DNA of 64,000 nt from Microcoleus sp. (GTDB taxonomy: Bacteria; Cyanobacteriota; Cyanobacteriia; Cyanobacteriales; Microcoleaceae): the NCBI GenBank assembly GCA_052279835.1, contig CP181291.1, positions 2,176,001 to 2,240,000 of the forward strand, in the 5' to 3' direction. The translations under genes were made by a program, and so were the position numbers. Below are positions 22,373 through 32,381 of this stretch, in pieces. A model generated the notes under the pieces. That model saw only the letters and a list, made by a program, of their open reading frames with translations. It had not been told where the DNA came from and did not search any database. How positions within the stretch are numbered: the stretch's first letter is position 1; the number at the start of each line of letters is the position of its first letter.

Positions 22373-24217
22373 TTACCTAATTTTATAAAGTATCCATTTG
22401 CCTTGTTTATCTGTGATTTCCCCTTGAATATTGGGATGCCAGTCACTACAAGTTAGGATATAATCGGCGCGGTATTTTCTCGCAACTTCGACTAAATCGC
22501 TGCTATTGCGGCGACTGAATAAGTCATTTCCTCCCCAAATCATTTGCGGATTCAAGGGGACTCCTAACACGCTTTCCATGCGATTTTGCCATTCTTTGAT
22601 ACCTGTTTCTGTCAAGGGAAAGTTCTTGAAATTGACTACAATTGCTCTTTGGGAAAAGTATTGAAAACTGGTGACAGATGGTGGAATTAATACCAGTGCA
22701 TCTTGACTGCTAGTTTTTGAGAAGCGTAGGGCTAATTGGTTTAAGTCGTCTTGGGGAATGGCATTGATATTAATTCTAGTTTGAAATACATCTAACATTG
22801 GTTTGGGGATAATTCCGGCTATTCCTAAAACTAAAATGCTGGTAGCTACCAAAGCTAATAGATAAGTAGCTGCTTGTTTGATTGCTGTAGGAAGTGAGAG
22901 TTTTTCTAAGATGAAGGGAAACGCTAGAATTGAAAATAAAACAGGTATGCTAATTATCCTCTCTATTATTTCTCCTGAATTAGTCAGTGGATATATCAAG
23001 CTGAAAATCAAGGTGACTGTGGTAAAAATCCAGGGCAAAATAGTGTAGCGTTTAGCAATGGTATATTTGGGGTTTTGGAAAATTAATAAAAATATGAATA
23101 ATGCTAGAAATAAAATACCTCGGTTGGGTAAAGTGAAGATAATTAACAGTAAAAAAATCATCGCCATTTGTTGTTTTTGGTAAAGTCTCTCGACTAGCAA
23201 ACTCACAGCAATGAATATCATTATTTGAGCAAAAGGTACTGTTCTCGCTAACTGGAGTTTTGCAATCAAAGCCAGCGGGTAAACTTCCACAAATAGGTAA
23301 TTTAAGACTAATGCAAAAATTGATGTAGCAATGATTATTGAAAAGTTAATTTTGTCGGCTTTTCCCAGGGTATTTGTATTTTTGATGCAAAGCAAACCGC
23401 CACTAATTAAACAGATAAAGTTTAACCAATTGTTGCCCACATTCCAATTGGAAGGGAGGATGTGGTGAGGATTGCGAATTTTTGCGTGAATGTAAACAAA
23501 TTCGGCATTATTCATAGTATGAGTGCCAGTAGTACCTGTTAGCAACATCGGTAAATAAACGATACTTGCCATTGTGCCTAAAAGTGCGATCGCCAAAATT
23601 AGACTTTTGAACCTTCGCTGTTTGACAGATTCCAGAATCAGCACAGGCATCATCATTAACCCCGGCAACAAACCGACTAAAAATTGCAACAAACAAGCTA
23701 GTCCAAAACAGAAATATCCTGGCAGCCATTTCTGACGCAAACTAAAGTAAATCCCCCAGATTGCGAAACCCATTGCAAAGGTACTGGGCACGGATTTGGT
23801 AGAAAATATCAGCGTGTTCCCAACATCTGTAAATGAGGATGCTAAGCATAAAAAAGTCAGGGCTGCTGCGGGCAATTTTGCCTTAGTATATATGTTGATA
23901 ATTGCGTGACAAGCTAGGACAACTGAACCCAATGCTAGGAATTGATAAATAAAATGCACTAAGGGAATACTTAACCCTAGACTTGCCAAGAAATAAATGA
24001 TATGATAATAGTAGTATCTGGGATTAAATTTAACCATTTCCTGAACATGATAGTCATTTTTATAGAGTTCAGAATTTAGGAGATGTTGGATTTGTGGCAA
24101 TTCGGGAAAGTTGCCTCCTACGGGAAATTGATAGCCTGTTGCTATCAACGCACCGATGATGACAAAGGTATAGATGGATAAGTTAAAATACCAGTTAGAT
24201 TTTTGAGATTTCTGCAT
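22373..24217 (-). CDS. Polytopic membrane protein (DUF6798-like)
   Basis: Many TM segments, NPRYYY, RNPHH, VVNFKNFP..EW..R. Confidence 0.7.
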   Translation of the reverse strand: MQKSQKSNWYFNLSIYTFVIIGALIATGYQFPVGGNFPELPQIQHLLNSELYKNDYHVQEMVKFNPRYYYYHIIYFLASLGLSIPLVHFIYQFLALGSVVLACHAIINIYTKAKLPAAALTFLCLASSFTDVGNTLIFSTKSVPSTFAMGFAIWGIYFSLRQKWLPGYFCFGLACLLQFLVGLLPGLMMMPVLILESVKQRRFKSLILAIALLGTMASIVYLPMLLTGTTGTHTMNNAEFVYIHAKIRNPHHILPSNWNVGNNWLNFICLISGGLLCIKNTNTLGKADKINFSIIIATSIFALVLNYLFVEVYPLALIAKLQLARTVPFAQIMIFIAVSLLVERLYQKQQMAMIFLLLIIFTLPNRGILFLALFIFLLIFQNPKYTIAKRYTILPWIFTTVTLIFSLIYPLTNSGEIIERIISIPVLFSILAFPFILEKLSLPTAIKQAATYLLALVATSILVLGIAGIIPKPMLDVFQTRININAIPQDDLNQLALRFSKTSSQDALVLIPPSVTSFQYFSQRAIVVNFKNFPLTETGIKEWQNRMESVLGVPLNPQMIWGGNDLFSRRNSSDLVEVARKYRADYILTCSDWHPNIQGEITDKQGKWILYKIR

Positions 24218-24224
24218 TGACGGT

Positions 24225-26375
24225 TCAACTTTTTTGAGTTGATATGGTTAAATTGTTAATTTCCAGTTGACATTGGTTGGTTAAATCTTGTTTATTGGTA
24301 CTCAATACCTCAAGGAGTAAATAATTGGGAGTTTTTCCTTCAACTAATAGATTTAATTGGGGTAAAGCAGTTGAATTATAAACTGTTTCACTGGAGTTGA
24401 TTAATTTACCTTGATTGTTCCACAAAGTCAACCGCAGGAAAACTCCCTGACATTGTTTGTTAGGTAAATTAAGTTGGCCTAGGATTGTATTTTTTGCGGA
24501 AAGGGAACCTAAATATAAAAATGATGTATCAATTTGCTGGGAATTTTTAATGGGATGAGTTACAATATGATATAAGTTATGAGCTTCTTTGGTAACAGAA
24601 TAATTAGGGCTGGTATAAACAGACTGATTTAAGCTGATCCAATCTAATTGAGTGCCTGGTTTTTCGCCTATTTGCTGCTGCATCGCGTGAAGGGTTTTGA
24701 TGGCTGTGCCGATCGCACTTGGGCGCATTCTCCGGTAAACTCTGACTAGGACACCATTTTCTAGCTGAAACTGTTCGGGTAAAAGCTCAAAATCACGGGA
24801 AATTTCCCAATTTTGAGTAAAAGCATCATAGACAACTTTAACAACATCTTGTTCCCCTGGGCGCAAAACCTGTTCATCACTCAGCAACACCTGCTGAAAA
24901 GGCGTAGCAACCACCACATATTGCGACATCAACAACTCCGGTAGCGGGTAAGTATCGCGAGAGTCAATTAATGGCCTACCAAGAGTGTTTAATTTCCACC
25001 AACCCTCCGGCGGGTTCAACTTACGGTTAGCTTGTTTAAGAATATTAGCATTAAAACTATTAGAAGCACCAGCAATATAAATTGGTTCCTGATTGGGCGC
25101 AATTTTTCTCAGAAACTCAACTAACTTTACCACTTCGCCATAATCCGATCGCACTAAAGGCCCAAAACTAGCCACAAACAGCGCAGAAAAATCAAACTTC
25201 AGCGGAATCAACCCCAAAACTGCATTCACAGTCAGATACAAACCAGCTACACCCAGCATCAAATATCGAACTTTGCCTTGGAGTGTCAGCCAAGTTGTCC
25301 AGAAAAATGCCGATAATCCTAAAAGTGCGATCGGTGTCACATGAATTGTATAGTGCAAATAGCCATAACGCAAGACCAACAGCCATGCAATCAGTGACAA
25401 AACCCCAAATATCCCAACAAAAACCACAGCCTCACCAACGACAATCCTAGTCATCATTCCCGCCGAAAAACCAATCACAACCAACAGCCAAGTTCCCAAA
25501 CCGTAAAAAGAAGCATAACGAGTTAAAATATCAGGAACCGACAAACTCCAAGCCAAATATAAATTGCGGTAATCAACCGTCAGAGCACTGCGAGTAAAAT
25601 CTCCAGCCACCAGCATTAAAACAGCCAAGCTAGTTGCGGCAATCAAACCCAACTTAACCCCAGAAATTAACAACAAAAATATAGCTTGACTCTGCCTAGT
25701 TTTATAAGTTAAAATAAACTCGATTAAATACTGAAATATAGCAGCACCAAAAAAGGCGATCGCACTATAAGCAAAATGTCGCCGAAACAAAATCGCCATA
25801 GCCAGCGAACCGCCAATCAACAGAATTTGCCACCAATATTTTAGCTTAATATCATGCAGATAAACTAAAATTGCCAAAGCTAAAAAAACACAACCACCAG
25901 TATCCAGATATCCCCTTAAAGTCGGAATCCAACTCATCGGAATCAGCAAACTAATCGCTACAGTTGACCAAAACACCAGGCGCGGATCGAAAAGAATTAG
26001 CTTAGCAGAAATCGCCCCCAACAACAAACGAAACGGCAACACATAAATCAGAGATACACTAAAAATATAACTCAACCTAGAATCACCAAATAATAGCAAA
26101 AACGGCACTAAAGGCAACGAAATCAAAAGATTCTTCTCCTTAGCCAGCGATTCTATAACTGCACGTACTGCCTTATCTGGCGATTCCCGAAAAGACTTAA
26201 CAAGTTCCACTGTAGCATTATTATAACCAGCATAATCCCACCAATAAAAAGTACGTTCGCTAGAAACATAAATTGACGTTACTACCACCGTCACCACCAC
26301 AAGTAACAACAGGAAAAACCCATCACCCAGAGACTTGCGACTCCACTTAAAAAAAACCCAATCAAATAACCTCAT
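24225..26375 (-). CDS. Polytopic membrane protein, GT-C-like
   Basis: ERTFYWWDY in the first loop, many TM segments, large soluble C-terminal domain. Confidence 0.7.
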   Translation of the reverse strand: MRLFDWVFFKWSRKSLGDGFFLLLLVVVTVVVTSIYVSSERTFYWWDYAGYNNATVELVKSFRESPDKAVRAVIESLAKEKNLLISLPLVPFLLLFGDSRLSYIFSVSLIYVLPFRLLLGAISAKLILFDPRLVFWSTVAISLLIPMSWIPTLRGYLDTGGCVFLALAILVYLHDIKLKYWWQILLIGGSLAMAILFRRHFAYSAIAFFGAAIFQYLIEFILTYKTRQSQAIFLLLISGVKLGLIAATSLAVLMLVAGDFTRSALTVDYRNLYLAWSLSVPDILTRYASFYGLGTWLLVVIGFSAGMMTRIVVGEAVVFVGIFGVLSLIAWLLVLRYGYLHYTIHVTPIALLGLSAFFWTTWLTLQGKVRYLMLGVAGLYLTVNAVLGLIPLKFDFSALFVASFGPLVRSDYGEVVKLVEFLRKIAPNQEPIYIAGASNSFNANILKQANRKLNPPEGWWKLNTLGRPLIDSRDTYPLPELLMSQYVVVATPFQQVLLSDEQVLRPGEQDVVKVVYDAFTQNWEISRDFELLPEQFQLENGVLVRVYRRMRPSAIGTAIKTLHAMQQQIGEKPGTQLDWISLNQSVYTSPNYSVTKEAHNLYHIVTHPIKNSQQIDTSFLYLGSLSAKNTILGQLNLPNKQCQGVFLRLTLWNNQGKLINSSETVYNSTALPQLNLLVEGKTPNYLLLEVLSTNKQDLTNQCQLEINNLTISTQKS

Positions 26376-26459
26376 AAACCTAGCCACCCCAAATAAACAA
26401 CACCCAAACCTCCTCTTCCCTCTTCCTTCGTACCCTTAGCGCCTTCGCGGTTCGTTAAC

Positions 26460-27483
26460 TTAATTTAAAAAATTAGCTTGTAAAAAACCTTCCAACTTTT
26501 CTGCATATTGCCGATTAGCGATCGCACTTGGATGCAAATCATGAGGTAAATTATTATTAGCCGGTATTTTCAAATCAACAGAAATATCCACAGTCGCAAT
26601 ACCCTCCCCATTCAACTCCGCCAACATTTTAGCAGAAACCAGGGTTAATACCCGCAACCACCAACTTCACCCCATTCGCCTTAGCCAAACGGTTAAACTC
26701 AGCAATAATTGCCTTAGAAACCTCATGGCTTCTATAAAATTCCCCCTCAAATAGATTGTAATTAACCTCCAGAAAATTCACTAAAGCCGACACCCGCATC
26801 AACGGCCACTCATGATAATCAAGTTGTGCCATACTATAAGTAAAACCCTGTTGTTTATTCAGCCTAGCATCAGGCTGAAACAAAACACCAAGTTTATTCC
26901 AATCAGCCAATTGCTTTCTTCTCGCCCTCGAAAAAGTATTGCGTCTGTCATGAAAACCAGCATAGGCAATCACAGCAATTTTCGGTTTATTTCCTTGCTT
27001 AAGTGCTTGTTTAAACTGAATCAACGAGTGGATAGTTCCATAGCCATTAACACCAAAATTGACAACTTCATATTGTGGTAATTTCTCCTGTAGCAACCAA
27101 GCATAGGTTTCGCTGTCATTCAAGGACCAACCGTAGGTAAAAGAACAGCCAAATATCCAAATTTCTGGTTTTTTTGACTGTAATTTGTAAGTATTCAGAG
27201 GGTGCGTAATTCTTAAACTATTGTTTAAGTGAGTAGCATTAAATGAGTAATTGCCGTTAAGTGTTACTTTAAACGTTCCTGGCAAATGCTTGTAGCCAAG
27301 TTCAGAATCCTGAGTAAAAAAATTACCTTTGGGTTCAACTGCAACATCAACATTTTCTCTTTGCCATGGTTTGTATCCCGCAACCCGTAAGACAATTTCT
27401 GCACTACCGACAGATAGAAATATGGGAAAAATTAGATAGGTTATTAATCTGAAAACAAAGTTTTTAGCAAGATTTTTATTCAT
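26460..27483 (-). CDS. SGNH/GDSL hydrolase-like protein with a +1 frameshift near the 3' end
   Basis: FGCSFTYG, NFGVNGYG; the catalytic DLHP lies in the other frame (26460-26657). Removing one base at about 26636-26638 joins them. Confidence 0.8.
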
Positions 27484-27536
27484 ATTTTTGAACGAACCGC
27501 GAAGAAACAAAGAGCGCGAAGGAAGAGCTATATCTT

Positions 27537-27860
27537 TTTCTTTCCCCCAAGGGGAAGTTCTTCTTTCCCCCAAGGGGAAGTTCTTCTTTCCCCAAGGGGA
27601 AGTTCTTCTTTCCCCCAAGGGGAAGTTCTTCTTTCCCCCAAGGGGAAGTTCTTCTTTCCCGCTGGGGAAAAGTTCTTCTTTCCCCCAAGGGGAAGTTCTT
27701 CTTTCCCCCAAGGGGAAGTTCTTCTTTCCCCCAAGGGGAAGTTCTTCTTTCCCGTTGGGGAAAAGTTCTTCTTTCCCCCTTGGGGAAGTTCTTCTTTCCC
27801 GTTGGGGAAAAGTTCTTCTTTCCCCCCTTGGGGGGGGGTAGGGGGGGGTTCTTCCTTCGC
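27537..27860. repeat. Tandem array of about 12-13 palindromic 22-24 bp units
   Basis: TTCTTTCCCCCAAGGGGAAGTTC repeated head to tail with no spacers. Confidence 0.92.
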
Positions 27861-27876
27861 GGTTCAGGTAATCTAG

Positions 27877-28971
27877 CTAAAAAGACACAATCAAGTAACT
27901 ATTCAAGAACTTAGCCCCTGTAACAGATTTTCCAGTTAACTGCGGAGGTAACAAAATATTGCGCCGCTGATCTCCTGCTTCGATCGTCACTTCTGGCCCC
28001 GATTGAATCAATTTAATTTCTTTCTTGTCAAATCCGGGCAAAAATAAACTAACTTGACGCTGTGCAATATTAATCTCGATCGGCTTAGGAGCACTTGTCG
28101 CCTCAGCAAAATCTGGCAAAGCGTCAATTAGCCCTTGCCAATTATTATCACTATGGGCCGGCACCGCAACTGCTGTCAAAGGAGCAAAATCAGCCGCCAG
28201 AGTTTCTGTCACCGATGCTTGATTGACAATCACACCGCCAACAGTCAAACCAACCTGTTGAGAACTTCCCCACAGATAGCGGGCTGTGCCGATCGCACTT
28301 GCATCGCCAGTTGTCACCAAATAAGCCGCCGCGCGGTTTGGATTTGCCAAGATTTCCTTGCCTTTATCCAAAAAATTATCGACTTGCTGAGTAGACTTAG
28401 TGGCATTGTCCCCCGACATATCCACAGTCAACACCGTACTCACCACCGGTTGAATAAACGGCGACAAAGCTTTACCCAAATCGGAATCTACCAAAGCTTT
28501 ACGGAATCGGCGGATGTACCAACTCAGAATTTCCGGCATTCCCAACATCCGCAGCGTATCCATGCCGCCGGTACCATCATAAACGATCGCATCATATTGT
28601 TTGCTATCGTCATATTCCCGAAGTTCATTCAGGGCTAAGGCGCTGTCCATTCCCGGCAACACCCCCAATTCTTGACCATAAATCTGCTTGAAAAAGGGTG
28701 TGCGGACATATTGGGCTTCCAGTTGTTTAACCTCGTCCCATCTACGTTCCAGCAGCGCCGCGCTTTGCACCTGAACTGCTTTGAAATTCGGGCTGATTTC
28801 CTGGGGGGTCGGAGTTAGGGGAGTTCCCAGCAAAATCCCCAATCCCGGTCCTGGATCTTGACTCAGCAGCAGAACTCGCTTGCCTTGAGCCGCATATTTT
28901 TTAGCAGTTGCGATCGCGATCGTGCTGCGGCCAGTGCCGCCTTTGCCCAAAAATGTCAAAATCAAAGCCAT
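27877..28971 (-). CDS. ArsA/Get3-family ATPase with C-terminal alpha-crystallin-like domain
   Basis: FLGKGGTGRST, LPGMD, GPEVTIEAGDQRRNI. Confidence 0.9.
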   Translation of the reverse strand: MALILTFLGKGGTGRSTIAIATAKKYAAQGKRVLLLSQDPGPGLGILLGTPLTPTPQEISPNFKAVQVQSAALLERRWDEVKQLEAQYVRTPFFKQIYGQELGVLPGMDSALALNELREYDDSKQYDAIVYDGTGGMDTLRMLGMPEILSWYIRRFRKALVDSDLGKALSPFIQPVVSTVLTVDMSGDNATKSTQQVDNFLDKGKEILANPNRAAAYLVTTGDASAIGTARYLWGSSQQVGLTVGGVIVNQASVTETLAADFAPLTAVAVPAHSDNNWQGLIDALPDFAEATSAPKPIEINIAQRQVSLFLPGFDKKEIKLIQSGPEVTIEAGDQRRNILLPPQLTGKSVTGAKFLNSYLIVSF

Positions 28972-29118
28972 TTTCTGTTCTCACTGCCAAAGCTTACTAT
29001 TTAACATTTAACCGCAACTTTCAGATGGAGTGGGGGAGTGGGAGAGTGGGGAAGAGGAGTTCTTCTTCCTTCCCCCCAAGGGGGGCAGTAGGGGGGGTCT
29101 TCTTCCTTCTTCCTTCTG

Positions 29119-29319
29119 CTAAACAGCTTCCAGTTCGTCTTCAAAAAACCAAGTCGCAAAACCGTCAAACTTGACAACCACCCCTACTCCACTGCCGTCA
29201 ACCATTCTGAAACCGTCAACCGTACCCACTGGATTAGTTTTCAACTTGCTCACGATATTTGCAGGTATCCGATCTCTGAGACGGCGCACCTTAACTTTCT
29301 GTCCTACTTCTATTGCCAC
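29119..29319 (-). CDS. petP: Cytochrome b6f-associated PetP (DUF2862)
   Basis: IEVGQKVKVRRLRDR...DGSGVGVVVKF...TWFFEDEL. Confidence 0.85.
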   Translation of the reverse strand: MAIEVGQKVKVRRLRDRIPANIVSKLKTNPVGTVDGFRMVDGSGVGVVVKFDGFATWFFEDELEAV

Positions 29320-29507
29320 GCTAAAATGTTCTCCTGCTCTATATTACCTATATTCCACAGTCCATTCTACCGTTGCCCGTCTACATCGGAACAGCTCTTT
29401 TCCCTGAGTCCTCCCCGCAAAAAAAACTGGTTTCTTGCAAAAATTGTCCTTTTTTCCACCAATCCTGACGCAGAAACCGAGTTTTTAGTATCCCAGGGTC
29501 AGCCTGT

Positions 29508-30434
29508 CTAGTCAAATACACTCAGTCCCAAAGATTTCGCTATTCGTTCCAACAGAAATAAGCCACCTACAGAATTTCCCTCTTTGTCTAGGGGCGGACT
29601 GTAACAGGCGATCGCCCCTACACCCGGAATCACCGATAGTACAGCCCCGCTAACTCCCGACTTCGTAGGCAATCCTACTTGCAACGCCCAGCGTCCCGAT
29701 GCTTGATATAAGCCACAAGTTGCCATCAATGCTTTGACAGTGCGGCCGTGTTCTGCCATGGTGCGATCGCCCCTAGAGACCAATAGCATTCCCAGCTTAG
29801 CCAAAGCAGCCACATTTCCCGACAAACAACAGACCATATTGTAAGTTTCCAAAGCAATTTCAGCATCTTGAATCACACCGGAACTTTGCATTTCTAAGGC
29901 CATGTTCCGATTATTTTGATTCGGATTTTTTCTCACGGAATCTAACATTAATTCATCCATAAATAACTGAATATTTGCCTTTTGATTCAGCCAAAGCAAC
30001 AGGTTTTGACAGCGAAGAACCGCATTTTCACCAGGGAGCAGAGATGCAAGGGCGATCGCCCCGCTATTAATCATCGGATTTCTCGGCTTCCCCTGGTCTA
30101 TTTCCAGTTGAGCCAGGGAATTAAAAGGCAGTTCCGAAGCTTCGCAGCCAACTTTCTCAAATACCACTGTTTCACCCAATTCACAAAGCAGATAAAGCAG
30201 CACAAATGGCTTGACTACGCTCATCAGCGGGAATATTTTATCTGCCTTACCAAAGCTCCAAAAATCACCATCAATTGACCTAATTTCTACTGCAAACTCA
30301 CTTTTATCTGCTTCAACAAGCAGGGGTATGTACCCTGGCATTTCACCGGACAGACTGCGATTAATAGCCTCTGTTGCCCAAGCTTGCAGTTGCTCTGGTT
30401 GCAGAGGAGATAGTTTATTTGTGGGTTTTTTCAA
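29508..30434 (-). CDS. glsA: Glutaminase A
   Basis: YIPLL, MSVVKPF, PRNPMINSGA, PTKSGVSG. Start estimated at TTG 30434; the longer ORF extends into a repeat. Confidence 0.9.
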   Translation of the reverse strand: MKKPTNKLSPLQPEQLQAWATEAINRSLSGEMPGYIPLLVEADKSEFAVEIRSIDGDFWSFGKADKIFPLMSVVKPFVLLYLLCELGETVVFEKVGCEASELPFNSLAQLEIDQGKPRNPMINSGAIALASLLPGENAVLRCQNLLLWLNQKANIQLFMDELMLDSVRKNPNQNNRNMALEMQSSGVIQDAEIALETYNMVCCLSGNVAALAKLGMLLVSRGDRTMAEHGRTVKALMATCGLYQASGRWALQVGLPTKSGVSGAVLSVIPGVGAIACYSPPLDKEGNSVGGLFLLERIAKSLGLSVFD

Positions 30435-30835
30435 AGTATGCCTCCAGGAAGGAAGGGGGACGGGAGGAAATTCAGGAAGAAGCAACAACGAAGACCACTC
30501 GTTACCAGGCTGAGCCTGGTAACGCAGATCGGGAGGCTCTGCCTCCAATTTTATTCATAGACTATTAAATAAATTTTCGATCGACATCGGTAATTTGCAT
30601 AAAAACCCGCCCTTGCTTCCGATACATAAATAGCAGCCTCAAGGCAAAGTTGTTACCGAATAACCACCAGCAGCAGCTTAGAACGCTTTCAGGTTGTCAT
30701 TTTTCAGCTCCGGCAAGGAGTAGGGGTATTTCTGGAATGGAATTTTCCGATCTAAATTCAGAATCCTTCCCGAAAACCCCCCGAACTGCTGAGAAATTAC
30801 TATCCAACCGTATCTACCAAAATCAGGACACAAAA

Positions 30836-31186
30836 ATGGCAGACGAAGCACCGAAACCAGAACCCGCAAAACCAGCTCCCATGATATTTAAGGGTGTTTG
30901 CAACGACGGAGTTCTCAAAGGCAAAGAGATTGAAGGCAAACTGGACATCAAAGTCAACGTCGAGTCAGTGAAACCAGTAGAAACACCAAAGAAACCACCA
31001 GCCCCTGGATGGGAAACAAATATTTTTTGGGTGCTGTTTTTATTAGTTGCCAACTTAGCAGCAGGCGATCCGATCGGTATGAGAAAATATAGCTCCCCAC
31101 AAAGGTCTCCTTCTAGTCAGATGTTAAACCAATCTGGGGAGCAGTCACTGTTGGCTAAGCACACTTCGATACTTCGACTAAGTTGA
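30836..31186 (+). CDS. Hypothetical membrane-anchored protein
   Basis: MADEAPKPE..., one TM segment. Confidence 0.55.
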   Translation: MADEAPKPEPAKPAPMIFKGVCNDGVLKGKEIEGKLDIKVNVESVKPVETPKKPPAPGWETNIFWVLFLLVANLAAGDPIGMRKYSSPQRSPSSQMLNQSGEQSLLAKHTSILRLS

Positions 31187-31222
31187 GTGTCCCCCTGCAC
31201 TCAGTGACCGTTAGATGCCATT

Positions 31223-32215
31223 TTAGGCGCTAGGAGCCAGCCAGCCACGCAAAAAGTAATAAAAAGACCCAAGATATTCATCGAATACTCGCGTCGTAGT
31301 TACCAAAGCTTCTGCGCTGGGCAGAAAATCAGCCGCATCTATACGCAACCTAGACTTCCCTCCTGATGTGGGTTGAAAAGTGTAGAAATCCGTAGCTCTC
31401 GGAATCACTCGGATTCCCACATCAGCAAAAGCTAGACTAGCACGGCGCATCTGAATCGCAGAAGTAACCAGCAGTACCTTCCGTTCCACGCCCCGACTAT
31501 CTAAAATTTTTCTGACTTCCTCAGCGCTGGTGCGTATGTTCCTACCGTTTTCGTCGAGAATGATGCTGCTGCGAGGAACACCCATGTTGCTTGCCAGCAA
31601 AGTTTGGATATCCTTAGCTTCGCCAGTATAATTCTCTAACTCCGGTCTAGGCCCTGCGGTAACGATGACCAAAGGTGCCAATTGCTTCCTGTAAAGCACA
31701 GCAGCATAGGGCAAGCGATTGCCTGTATCTGTCAATTGAATCGACACCCGGTTGGGGATATGTGGCTGAGTCGTGCCCTTACCCAACAGGACAATGGCCG
31801 CAGCAGTTTCGTCGCAGCAACTTGTGTGGACAGCGGCTGCTGCTTCCCGTTCTGCTTGGTCTGCGAACCACAAAGCCACAACTGGCATACTCGAAAGAAT
31901 CAAAACTAGCAGTGCTGCCAGAATCATTCTCGGTGCCGGGTTGCGGATGCCTCCGTTAGTGATCAATGCGGATGCAATCACCAGCAACGTAATCGAAAAA
32001 CCTAGCGGCTTAAAGAAGAAAGCTATGAGACCAAAAATCGCTGCTCCGACGGGGGTGTCGGGGGCAAAAAAGGCCAGCAGCAGAAGGCTGATCAGCAATA
32101 AAACGCGCAGCCGGTCTAATAATGGATTGTCTTTGCCTCCTGACTGATCCCACCAAGATTTGATTAGTGAGAACAACAGGAATAGAAATAGAATTCGAGC
32201 TAGCAGTACAAACAT
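31223..32215 (-). CDS. YdcF/DUF218 family membrane protein
   Basis: IVLLG, GNRLPYA, LLVTSAIQMRRA; N-terminal TM segments. Confidence 0.88.
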   Translation of the reverse strand: MFVLLARILFLFLLFSLIKSWWDQSGGKDNPLLDRLRVLLLISLLLLAFFAPDTPVGAAIFGLIAFFFKPLGFSITLLVIASALITNGGIRNPAPRMILAALLVLILSSMPVVALWFADQAEREAAAAVHTSCCDETAAAIVLLGKGTTQPHIPNRVSIQLTDTGNRLPYAAVLYRKQLAPLVIVTAGPRPELENYTGEAKDIQTLLASNMGVPRSSIILDENGRNIRTSAEEVRKILDSRGVERKVLLVTSAIQMRRASLAFADVGIRVIPRATDFYTFQPTSGGKSRLRIDAADFLPSAEALVTTTRVFDEYLGSFYYFLRGWLAPSA

Positions 32216-32381
32216 CTTGCAATATTGTCTGTATTTAGTTAGTGGGTAATTGATAACTGGTAATGGTTGATTGGTAATTGGTAATGAGTCGAGCATAGTC
32301 AGGGAGAATTGACAATTGAAGCCTTTTGCCTGCTACCTGTTATTTTTTCCCCTTACCTGTTACCCATTCACCGCTGCCAAT

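Noticed and set aside
27537..27860. CRISPR array or real ORFs (GERRTSPWGKEE repeats)
   Set aside because: Contiguous tandem units without unique spacers; the ORFs are by-products of stop-free repeat DNA.
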